Under the pieces are notes generated by a model that was given only the letters and a program-made list of their open reading frames with translations, did no database searches and was not told where the DNA came from. The position numbers were made by a program, and so were the translations under genes. From Vicugna vicugna (Eukaryota): a DNA stretch of 64,000 bases. The DNA lies in the NCBI GenBank assembly GCA_013265495.1, contig MU058444.1, positions 1,240,001-1,304,000 of the forward strand, in the 5' to 3' direction. Below are positions 23,861-35,319 of the stretch, one piece after another; position 1 is the first letter of the stretch, and every line of letters begins with the position of its first letter.

Positions 23861-25392
23861 AAATATATTTTTGAAGGAGTTTTTTAACCCCACCATCACC
23901 CGGGACAATATTCAGTAGAATATTGTCACCTTCAGAACAACATCAGAAGGGGTCTGTCTACTCTCGCCACTGGCCAGATGAGACATCACAGAAGTACAGC
24001 GGAAAGGTGGACCCAGGACGGGCAGTTTCTTCAACACATGCCCCAGATCACAATAAAAATGTACATAATGTAGTTTCAGACCCTATAACCCAAAACTCAA
24101 TTTGAGCAGTAACTCCTCTTAAAGGTAAAACGTTCAGTAATAAGAAAAAAAAGTAGGACTCGAGTTCTTCCTGAAAGCGCTCTACCCACCTACGAACAGC
24201 CTTGCAGCCTGGGTACCAGAACCCTGTCTCATTCACAGACTGTCTGCACAAACCTCATATATCTTAGCCTCAGTAGCACAGAGGAAATCTTGGTCTGCTT
24301 GAAGAAGTAAGACAGTTTTAATAAATCACAGCCTTACAATAATAAACACAGGAAATCTCTGGAAAATTGAACATCTAGTTTTTTTTTTTTTTTCCCTACC
24401 CAATACCCTGTCTCGGCTGCCACTGCTTAAGTGATCTGACACCCTTATTCACAAAACTTCTTAAGTCCAGAAGCCTTAAAACTAATTTGGGCTGGTGTCT
24501 AATTTCCCGTGCTTCCCTATTCAACATCGTCATTGTGTTCTAAGGACCTCTGGGCTGCCTTGTATGGGAAGGCACGTTCAGGCTTCTCACAAGTGACCAA
24601 AGCCAGCAGCATCTGACCCACGTTCTTTTACTGCGAATGCCTGAAAGACATTTATCGTCACCTACGCATGTCTACAGATACTCATTTTTAAATTATAAAC
24701 TAAACTCAATCTACCCGATGGATTTGTGGCTTATAAACTAGGAGACGAACGTTCCAGACAGAGATAACAATTCCCAGTTTCCTAAGGCAAACACAACAAG
24801 TATGTGTTAGTTCAGGTCGGTCCCCTTTGTGACCACCCGCCTGGTCTTCCCACGTCAAAACAATCATGGTCCCAACATCACTCCACAGTCGGGGCAAGAA
24901 GTCTCAAACTCCCAGTCTAATTTTCTTTCCATTCAGCTGTGTTTGTTTCCTCTCATATATCATGCCCCTGTGTTTGATAATAACACTGTCAGTGTCATTA
25001 TTTCTCATGCATGGAAGCCGAAGTGATTTCTTTTTTTTAAATACAGGATCTAATTGTGTTCATTCTAAGTGGCTGTAAATGGAGGTTCCCCTCCACACTA
25101 ACACTTCCTTCTGGAAGCTCCCCTGCCCACAGTAAAGAGTTGCACTGATGAGGAGGGGAAAGGAAGGGAGACTAGTTCACTGGCTATAAGAAAGCACCAC
25201 AGAAAAAAGGTTCCTATTACCCTGACAAGCGATGCCATCACTACAACAGCCTAGAAGGTCAAGCTGCCATGATTTGGTATCATACGGATCTGAAGATCTC
25301 TGTCTGGGTCAGTACAGAAGACAAGACACTGAAAGGCTGGGCAGTTAAAATTGTTCAATGTATTCTGATTACTAGCTTCTATTTATATTGAT

Positions 25393-25398
<6 letters not shown>

Positions 25399-25462
<64 letters not shown>
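25399..25462. repeat. Compound microsatellite (CA)22(TA)10
   Basis: Counted directly. Confidence 0.97.
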
Positions 25463-27792
25463 GTATCTCATTTACAGATAATTCACTTGGTTTTAAAACC
25501 CCATTATCTGAGTTTGAATTTTTTTTAGTGATTCCATTCCCATTCCCCATTTTAACTCTACAATAGGCTTAGTAAATAGATATTGAGTTTATTGTTAACA
25601 CCCATGCATTATTCAGTTTTTGAGTCCAACAGATAGAGTTCAAGGTCGTTTTTAATACGGACACAATGAAAGCAGCAAATGGGTGAATGAATAAATGGAA
25701 AGACTCCAAGGCAGAAAGAGATGAAAATATTTTGCCAAATCATATCATAAATAAGAGTCAGGTCTCAGATTTTCTCTTCTTCCATCAGTAAGTGTGTAGG
25801 CTGCGGATTTCTGAACAACAGGTACCACAATGTCACTAGAAGTTCAGGAAACTTGCAACGTGGAGGACTTGGGAAGACATAACTTTTGGGGGATTACTAA
25901 GAAATATATATTTGTACTACGCACTATAAGCTGAATTCAATACAAGATGCATCCGTCTTGTTCTAAGAGCAGTTGGTGGGCCCCACATCCCAGCAGTACA
26001 AGATTTGGAGTAAACAGTATTTGTGTTCCCAGGTTTTAGCATAAGTTTGCTTCAACATGTTGACATGCCAAAGATCACTTAATTAGGGAGTTTACAAAGC
26101 AAACATGAATGTCAAACCTAGAACAATTAAAGTGCGTCAACTATAACCGATGAATCTTTGAAGTAACAAGTTTGAAGCTGTCCAAGATGTTTATGAAATG
26201 AACAGCATTCTTCAAAAGAATGTCCCATTTAGTGACAAGAAACAAAGAGCTAAAATTCACAAGTGTTACAAAATATTCTATTATCCTAAACATGTAATTC
26301 CCATCAGCCTTTAATTTGATAAACTGAATATTCAAGATAAATGAATTTGGATAAAAAATTTTAAGTATAAAAAATTAAATGCTTTATATTTACTCCAAGT
26401 GAAAAACATTAATTTATATTCCTTTTATTTTATCAAATGTGGAAGACAGGAAATGTGAGCATGTATATGTCTCATGAATGTGTCAGTTTGAAATCTAAAA
26501 CCTACCTACTGTTAATGTGATTTTGGAATGAAATGGTACTTTTAGTATTCAGATTTATCTAATTTCCTATGTTTACTACATGTTACTCCTAGAGACCTTT
26601 CTAGCAATTGAACCAGGCAGTATTTAGTGTGTGTGTGTATCTAGAAATTAGCAAGAAATATTTTTATTTAAAAAAATTAACTGGAAATCATAATTCTTTA
26701 CAAACATTAACCAAAATGTCTTTTAAAATCATCATCTACTTAAAAATCATGAGTATGATGTTTCACTTTCAGCGTTCAATGTACAAGGATCCTGAATTCT
26801 TGAAAACTTGACATACTTAAAACTAACGATGGAAACAGTCCACATTTAAGATCTTAACACTTTAAACCTGGTTTTCACGAACGGCTGGCTGTGATTCTTC
26901 ACATGAGCGGGTCCTAACTGTCCCACGTCAGAAGAACTTTGGTTCCTGAGAGTCTAGTCCACAGGACACACTCTGTTTCCCTTAAAGTGAACTGCATGTA
27001 TGTGGCTAAGTCCGGAGTCGTATCAAGAGAATGGGTTCATACTAAAATAAAACTGACCATGTTTAATAAGAAACTAATCAGAATAATGCAGAAAATACCA
27101 TTAAAAAGTTAGAATCAAGGCTTTTTGTGCCAAACTGCATCTCTAGTCAGCTTGTATGCACTTATGTCATATGCAGACCTTTCAAACTGTTGATGCATAT
27201 TGATAACGCTACAAGACCACATTTCAAGAGAATTTTAATTGGACACAAAATGGAATTTTAAGATGATCAAAATGCCTTTGAAAGTTTCTTTCATGACAAA
27301 ACTTAGAGAAAATTTGATAAACTCAAGATGATTGAATTAAAAAGTGAGATAAAGTGTTTCATTTTAACATTTTTGGTAGCTTCCGTAAATCTAAGAACCA
27401 AAAAAATCCTATTTGTTAGTCAAAATGTAACCGATCGAATTGTAATTAGAAAAGCAGTGCATACCAAGTATAATAAATCGTTGACCATAATCATAGTTTT
27501 TGACCTTATGGGGAAAAATGTCTAAAAAAATACTGAATTATACCTTCAATGTGAAAAAACATAGAAAAATCTAATCAGAATTGCTGATGTTATCACTCTT
27601 CATTACAAGCTTTGCATTCTGCTTACAGAAGGGGAACTACCTTAGAATAATTTACTGCTGAATGCTAAGTAATGATGTACAAGTGTTAGCAACTCGGTTT
27701 TTTCCTCAGTTTTATTGCAAAGCATAACCTTAAACAAGTTCAAAAAGAAAGAAAATGTAGTGCCCACAATCTTAATCAAACGAACCATTTTC

Positions 27793-27911
27793 TATCTTGT
27801 AGTAACCTATAATGAAAAAGAAGATGAAAAGGAATCTACAGACTGAAACATGATGCTGTACACCAGAAATTGACACATTGTAAACGTACAACCTCAATTT
27901 AAAAAAAAAAA
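27793..27911 (+). mobile_element. Short L1 3' end
   Basis: tatcttgtagtaacctataatgaaaaagaa...gctgtacaccagaaattgacacattgtaa plus poly(A). Confidence 0.85.
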
Positions 27912-28369
27912 GTTTTCATATATCCATGTTCTTTTCTGAGAGGGACAAAGGGATTTAAAAAATGTGTGAAAATGCTTTAGGCAATTTGCTTGTCCTCTGT
28001 GATTACAGTAGCAATGATGTGACTGTAGGACGGAACAATTTTAAAATATTGCATTTTAGGTTGATCACTCAAATATCAGCCTGAATTCCGTGTGGGTCAA
28101 CACAATTTTATGCAGGGGGTGGGTAGGAGCAAGGTAAATATCAGTAGCCCTGACAGTGCTAAAGCATCTATTTTTTTTTTTTTTGGGAATTTGGGGGTTC
28201 AGAACACAGAACTTGCTTTTCTATCAACTGTATTTATTCTTCAATTAAAAGCGCATATATAACTAGATGAATTACTAGGTCATCTTTAAAGACATGGGTG
28301 TCACTGATTATAAAAACAGCTCCAGTGAGATTCCCCCCCCGGGTGCCCCTTCCCAGTCAAGAGGGGGCA

Positions 28370-28550
28370 TGCACTCCCTCCCTGTGAAACAGAGTGGCTT
28401 TGTAACTACATCAGCTGATACATGATGGAAAAGCGATGCTATAAAATTTATAAGGCCTGGTTATAAAAGGCGGACCATTTTTGCTTTGCCTCCTGGAACC
28501 CTCAGCTTTGCAACTCTCGACCACCATGTTCTAAAAGTCAGACTGCTGTG
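28370..28550 (+). mobile_element. Partial MaLR (MLT1-like) LTR
   Basis: ggctttgtaact...gatgctataaaatttataaggcctggttataaaagg...ccaccatgtt resembles the central part of MLT1. Confidence 0.45.
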
Positions 28551-30244
28551 CTATCAGGAAATCCAGACTAACCTATCGGGGAGAGCGGGCTCCTGGAACC
28601 CCACAGGATGGGAGCTGCGGGTTGTAAACTTCACCAGCATCCTCCTGGGGCAGGAGGCAGAGGCCAGCTCATCTGGGTTGTAGTGGATGAGAGTCTGGAA
28701 CACTGCCCAGATGATGCAATTACCCTGCCAGGACACTTAAAAGAATCTGGGGGCTCTCTGTGTGCACACACAAGCTCTCCAACTCCCTTTCTCCCTCCCT
28801 CGCTCATAGACACACACACACACACACCATCAACATCCCTGCTAAATTACCCCCTTCTTTGATTCTTCCCCGCACACCCACCCCCCTTCAAAAGAGCAGA
28901 GCAAGGAAGAGAAGCCAGGAGGGGACCCAGGGAGCAGAAGCTACAGCCTCCCGCAACTCATCACCATAGAGCTCCGTCTTAAACTTCAACCCAGTACATG
29001 TGTTTTCATTACCAATAAAGAATTAATTGTATCACACACTAAAAGGAGGGCAGGGTGAAGTTTGCACATTCCTTCCTGCTTACACTGTGCTTAGGCCATA
29101 TTTTTATTAAGTGTGCCACTGATTTGTAAATAATTGTCACCACCTTTATGTATATTTCTCTTTATTCCTATAGAGAAAATCTATTTCTGCCCCTTGCTGA
29201 CATGTCAAGATTTGGGACCCCACCCATTCCAACAGTTAAAAATTAATTAAAATTAATTGAAACTTTGCATGGGACAGATATAAACACAGTGTCTTGTACC
29301 TTTCATGTATTCTTCTTTTTAAATCAACGACATTCACTTGAATCACGCACATGAATGGGCCTGTTTAAAACCAAATGGCTACATTCAAGGTGAATGTGAA
29401 ACCCCAGTTCACGGTCAGAAATTATTGTTATGTATAACGACCTCAACAGCTTATGACGGAGAGCCACATTCCAAAGTGGCAGTAAACCTATCAAGTTTTA
29501 CAAACACCTTTTCTTTCTGCTGTTCCTGGTGTTCGCTCCACTGAAGGGAAGGGCTCTCTGCACTCATTTCAAATGTTCTTAGATTATATGTCACTCTAAG
29601 GAAATCTTTCTCCAGATAGGCTGTAAAGAATACGTGTTTTTTAACGGCAGGTATTTTATCATCTCTGGCCATTTAGATTATAGGTGTGGGATCCTGTTTT
29701 ATACGGCACCCTGCTACCACAGAACTTCTCCTTCAGCCGCTTTTGTTAGAAAGCTACTGCCAAACCAAACAGTAGGAGGGAAGCTGTAAAAACGCTTTAA
29801 AAAGCTAAAAAAAGAAATAAGCGAGCTAGCAGCCATCTAAACATAAACTGGGGGGGCTCTTCCCATGACCCACGTTTAAAGGAAAGGAACAGAAGAAGAT
29901 GCAGAGGGTGAACAGAATCCCAACTGAGAGCCACACGCGCAATGCCTAGAAACAGTAGAAACTACCGCAGGCAATCACATGTCAGCTGACACACTGTCAT
30001 TCTGGCACAAATGTCGTGTGTTACTTTAGATGAGCCTGGTGTCTGACATTTTGATAACTACGTTTCAGAAGAGAAATTAACATAATGAGTTAGTTCTGCT
30101 GATGTAAGGCCTTTTTTTTTTTAGTATAAAACAATGAAATCAGCAGAGTCACGTGATGGAATAACCTCTACTACAACAATAGAAAATGCTCGCTCAGGCA
30201 AGCTCAGTGAAATCTAGAATCCAAGCACTGCTACAGAAAATCCA

Positions 30245-30852
30245 TCCGTCGACATGACTGGGTAAAGAAGCTGTGGTATATTTATACGATGGAATACTAC
30301 TCAGCCATAAAAAAGAAATAATGCCATTTGTAGCAACATGGATGGACCTACAGATCGTCATTCTAAGTGAAGTAAGTCAGAAAGAGAAAGAAAAATACCA
30401 TATGATATCACTTATATGTGGTATCTAAAAAAAAAAGATACAAATGAACTTATATATAAAACAGAAACAGACTCACAGACACAGAAAACAGACTTATGGT
30501 TACCAGGGGGGAAAAGGGAGTGGGAAGGGATAAGTTAGGAGCTTGAGATTTATAGATACTAACTACTACATATAAAATAAACAACAGTTTCTTCTGTATA
30601 GCACAGGGAACCATGTTCAATACACGTTATTATTTTATTTTCATTAATTTATTATGTTTACTTCATTTTAATGTATTATTATTATTGAATAAGTACATAT
30701 TCAATAACCTATAATTAAAAACAATGTGAAAATGAATATATGTATGTATATGTATGACTGAAACATTATGCTATACACCAGAAATTGACACAACATTGTA
30801 AACTGGCTAGACTACAATAAAAAAAAATTAAAATTACAAAACATTTACAAAA
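30245..30852 (+). mobile_element. L1 3' fragment with TSD
   Basis: atggaatactactcagccataaaaaag...gacacaacattgtaaactggctagactacaataaaaaa; 10-bp TSD agaaaatcca at 30235-30244 and 30853-30862. Confidence 0.92.
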
Positions 30853-31028
30853 AGAAAATCCAGCTGCAGAAATGGGATATTCTCAATATTGCCCTTTGGA
30901 AAACCCTTGATGTGTTATGGAGTAGGTGACCGGATAACTTTGGAAGTTGAATCTGATAATATCTCTGGCTCAGGGATTTATTGAGAACACTTTTTTTTTT
31001 TTTTGGTTGGGAATGTATGTAACCAGAT

Positions 31029-31535
31029 TGTAATAGGGAAGAACCAATCTGACTCCATATGAGATCTGTTTCTTTAGCTCTCACCCTGTGCTCTGTTTCC
31101 GGGGCTCAGCCATGCTGGTTCTGCACCTTTTGTAAAAGAATGTTGCCTAGAGCCTGAAACAGACAGGAAAGCCCCTTCTCAAGGCTCTGACCTTGAAGGA
31201 TATAATAGTTTTTATTTACATAGAGATAAAAAGTTGCAGAATAGAGAATAACATTTGTCTTGTTGAAGGTTTACAGGGACACCATGAGCTGACCTACATG
31301 GACACCTGCAAGAACAAAGGATTCCAAAACCAAGAGGTTTGCAACAATCAACCACACCCCCTCCCCTTTTTAGTATAAAAAGGGCCTGAATTCTGACTTG
31401 GGGAACATGGTTCTCCAGGAACGTTAGTCCTCCATCCTCTCGGGCTGCTGGCTTTCCAAATAAAGTTGTTATTCCTTGCTCCAACACCTCGTCTCCCAAT
31501 TTATTGGCCTGTCATGAGGCCAGCAGGATATAACA
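31029..31535 (+). mobile_element. Solo LTR, ERV1-like
   Basis: Begins TGTAATAGG and ends TAACA, about 507 bp; TATAAAA at 31374-31380 and AATAAA at 31459-31464 in U3-R-U5 order; no clean TSD visible. Confidence 0.8.
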
Positions 31536-32774
31536 TATTCTTTAGTATTTGAAGAACGAATACCTTTAATTATTCGGATGGGGGCCTGATCCAATATTTA
31601 AACTAAGCATATACTTTAGTCTTTAAGGAAAAGGGGACTGACTTGCGTGGAGCCCACGATCAGTTAGTCAGTCATCCATCAGCCCGGCATTCACTCAGAT
31701 AACACTGGTGAGCCTGTCTGGGAGCCTGGGCTCCAGGCGCTCACACACAGGGACCCATTCACAGGCTTTACCGCCCTAAGCCCTCCCATGCTGCAGGCAT
31801 CACGGTTGGAATTTCCAGGAATCAAAGAGGTGAAGCCACTTACCCCCAGTTCCAGGCAGAATATTGACAGGAACACAGCACAAAGATACTTCTGCCTCAA
31901 CCACAGCTGTCCTCACAAGCTGAGTGGGGAATTCCATCATGTATTCGATAATGCTTTGAGCCTAGGAAGACTTCAGTGCATCTCAGTAGGTTAAGTCCTG
32001 CATTCACCTCCGGACCAAGCTCCAGAATGAATCATATTCTTTTATGGTCCCATCACGTATTTCTACTTAATGTGAGGCCAGAAGGCATGTTCCTCTTACT
32101 GCTCACACAGGGACGGCCCCTCCCTCTGTTCTGTCCCTCTTTCTATTAAGTAGCCATGAAAGAAGAGAAGCCCTTCCACAAAGGGTTCCAGCCTCATCCT
32201 TCGAAACGGCCCTGGGGGTGTCCTAGATCAGTCTGAAGAATTATCTATCAAATACTTTCTGGTATCGTGGAATAATAGAATATGACCCTCAGCATCACTG
32301 CAGTAAAGAGGCAGATTTTCCAGGCAGCTGTATAAAACCATGGGGAAATAAAAGTATCTTGAAGAGGAAGAGCAAAATGTAAAATCTGAAATATAGCTTT
32401 GGTGGGTCACCATTAATATTACCTTGTCCTCTCTCCTACACCTTACTCTAAAGTTATATCGGCTTATCCAGTGTCTCTCTCCAACAGTGGTCAGATACGT
32501 GAAAAGAGCCCTGACAAAATCAAAGACAGAGGCAGTGTCATGAAGATGTAAAGATGATAAAGGGTCTCACATGACCACGGGTAAAATAATAATAATGTCA
32601 TTCTACAAAATGACAACGTCAAGGAGACACGTCTAATCTCATCAAGCTACTTTGTCTTCCTAAGGGAAATATCAGAGGCCTTTATAACACAAGACCAAGT
32701 ACATGGACAAAAGTAAGACTTACTTGTGTGTGCCAAAGAATTCAGTGATGGGTTATTGCTGTTTCAGGTTGACT

Positions 32775-34230
32775 GACTCATCATCCATTTCACAATATTT
32801 ATTGAGCACCTACTTACTAGGTACCAAAGACTGAGGATACAGTGATGAGCAAGAAAGACAGGGTCACTGCCTCCATAACTCTTCTAGTCTAGCAAGCAGA
32901 TAACTGGAACACATCTACCAAAAATAGGTATGATTGTAAACAGTGACAACTGGGATGAAGAGAAGTTAGTTTGGAGAGCAGGGAGGGTATATATAGCTCA
33001 GTGGTATAGCACGTGCTTAGCATCCACAAAGTCCTGGGTTCAATCCCCAGTACCTCCATTAAATAAATAAATAAACCTAATTACATCTCCCCCTAACAAA
33101 AAAAAAAAAAAGAAAAGAAAGAAAAAGAAAAGTTAAATTTGTTGTGAGGATAAGTAAGAGCAGCCCTGATGTTTGAATACTGACTCTGAAAAGTGATGTA
33201 TGATTAACACTACCAATCCCATTGTGGATTCGGTCGCTTTCCACGCCTTGCAATTAAGAAGGCTTTAGTGTTTGAAGCAGTTTTACATCATCCTGTTGCA
33301 AGTGCAGAGCAGTGCAGAAATGGAGCCGTGCATAAGCGAGTACAGATGACGAGGCAGGATGGAAGCGGGAACAAGAGGCAGTTTGGTTTGACAGGAGCTT
33401 CAGCAGAAGGAAGTAGAGGAATAGAGCGAAGGCTGGAAAGGGGAGGAGGGGCCGGGTAGAGAGGCCTCCATCACCAGGCCAGGTCTCCAGACTTTTTCAA
33501 CAGGGAGAAGGGAGCTTCAAAAGAGCTGAGGATGGGAGTTTGAGGAGGTGGGGGTCTCTGGCTATGGGCAAAATACATAAGGAAGGGAGAAATGGTGCTT
33601 ACGAATTTTACTGAAGGGACTATCACAACAATTAGTCACCAAGGGTGTGGATTACCAATGCATCAATGGAGTTGGAAGAAAGAGCCAAGTATAGGCTAGA
33701 TTGGGGAGGAAGAATTTTTGAGTCTGACTAGATACAAAAGACAGATTTTGGAAAATTCAAATCCAAGATTCCAAAGGGAAGGATCGGGCTATTAGCATAA
33801 AGTAGGATGAACAATAACGAGTCTGATTTCGAAACCGCTGAATTTCAGGCGCTGGTGGCATGTCCAGGTGAAGCTTATCAGAAAGGACATGACTAGAAAT
33901 ACAGCTTTGTCAGCCTCTCAGCAGGGGCTGCCGACGTTGGAAGGGTCGGCAAATCAGAGAGCACGGGTGGAGAAAGTTACTGCAGGATCCCAAGGGAGCC
34001 TTAAACTTGGTGGTGGTGACATGTCATCAGGGACAGCAGGAAAAGAGCAACAGGGGAGTCAGGGGAGGAGGCCCACAGAGAAGGATGGCAACCAAGGGAA
34101 CAGGATGAAAAAGTAATCAGGGAAGTGAAGTCCTGGGGAGAGACTGAGGGGTCCAAGGAATAAGAACAGGGTCCACGGAATCCAACGATCCATGGAGTGG
34201 GAACCGGATTGAGAAGTTGGGTGGGGAGGT
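32775..34230 (-). mobile_element. L2 LINE remnant (3' end and body), interrupted; boundaries approximate
   Basis: tcatccatttcacaatatttattgagcacctac...gaggatacagtgatgagcaagaaagacagggtcactgcctc is the L2 3' end in reverse, followed by purine-rich L2-like sequence. Confidence 0.6.
32980..33130 (+). mobile_element. tRNA-Ala-derived SINE (Vic-1-type)
   Basis: gggagggtatatatagctcagtggta...gtcctgggttcaatccccagtacctccattaaataaataaataaacctaattac plus A/GA tail. Confidence 0.93.
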
Positions 34231-34381
34231 GTCACTGTTTGCTAATTACTAATCACATTTCTAGGATCAGAGCCACGTCTCAGTAGTGATGATTGTCGCC
34301 ACATGCCAGCCACCTCTGGATACACCTCTGTCCTCTTCAAGAGAAGAGTCTAGATGACTTCCTTTATCTTATCTTTTATGA

Positions 34382-34424
34382 ATATATATATATACATATA
34401 TATATATACACACATATATATATA
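34382..34424. repeat. Imperfect (TA)/(CA) microsatellite
   Basis: Seen directly. Confidence 0.9.
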
Positions 34425-34889
34425 ACTCAGCAAATATAAGCATTGAAAAACAGTGCAGATTTGTATTTTTCACTACTTAACGTGGGATTACATGGGGAAG
34501 GTATCAGGTCACACTCATCATCATTTCCTTCTAACAGACAAAAAAGCTAAATCACCTGGGGATATTCAGACCACTCATCAAATCAGTACAATGGCTAACG
34601 GAGGACAGGAATCCACACTGCTATTGAGTCTTATCCTCTACTCATTACACTGAACCATACACCCGTGTCGGGTTAGGATGGAGTTCCAAATAACTTTTCA
34701 GGACGCAATTGATCCACTTCATTAAAGAGGTTTTTCTTTAATCGTATCTCATTGCATGGGCTAATATTTTGTAAGAACATAGCAAATTAGTATTATATCA
34801 AGTTAATATCACAATGCCTATCACACTGTTCGATAAGTCTTGGCAATGTTGAATTAAGAAGCCAGTTAAGGAATTATGGATTTACGTAC

Positions 34890-34997
34890 CTGTGGTATCC
34901 ATCTGGAAGACACAAAGCTGGTCACTTCTATTACAGACAAGCCAGTTTGGGAAAGTTGATTGATAAATTCAATTTTTTTATCTGTAGGAACTATAAC
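34890..34997 (-). CDS. HMGCLL1: HMGCLL1 coding exon (approx. exon 3), 108 bp: [36 protein letters not shown]
   Basis: Acceptor ttttcctag|GTT, donor CAG|gtacgt, phase 0/0. Contains the conserved [11 protein letters not shown] motif of HMG-CoA lyases. Confidence 0.97.
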
Positions 34998-35238
34998 CTA
35001 GGAAAACATTAAAAGATGATTTTATAAGTAATTTGCATAGGGTCTACTGAAGCATAAATAGAAAATTAATTCCTAACTGAAAGCAAATACTCTTTAAGAT
35101 TTATAAATTCAAGTAGCAACTGAGAACAAATATAATCATCTAATATGTGAACACCATAGACGTCTCTAGAATCTTAATAAATATTAATATTTAGATTTAG
35201 CATTTTAAATGAACTATGTAAAACAAGTATCAAACTAC

Positions 35239-35319
35239 CTTTTCGTTCTGCAACCCATCCCGAGGTCCAACTTCTACTATTTTAACATACTCAGGAAGTC
35301 CAGATAACTGGGACGATTC
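35239..35319 (-). CDS. HMGCLL1: HMGCLL1 coding exon (approx. exon 2), 81 bp: ESSQLSGLPEYVKIVEVGPRDGLQNEK
   Basis: Acceptor tttccatttcag|GAA, donor AAG|gtagtt. Contains the DRE-TIM metallolyase motif EVGPRDGLQNE with its catalytic Arg-Asp. Too short for the ORF track; read by hand. Confidence 0.97.

Larger units (their letters stand above)
2191..35319 (-). other. HMGCLL1: HMGCLL1 gene, internal portion (five coding exons, approx. exons 2-6); gene extends past both window edges
   Basis: Exons 35319-35239, 34997-34890, 16513-16418, 14129-13981 and 2254-2191 total 498 nt (166 codons) with no stop, and all have AG/GT boundaries. The peptide matches the HMG-CoA lyase family and specifically the HMGCLL1 paralog ([32 protein letters not shown]). 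Intron sizes are 241, 18376, 2288 and 11726 bp. Confidence 0.96.

Noticed and set aside
2191..35319. Assignment to mitochondrial HMGCL or to a processed pseudogene
   Set aside because: Introns with canonical splice sites and an intact frame are present, and the peptide fits the recalled HMGCLL1 paralog better than HMGCL.
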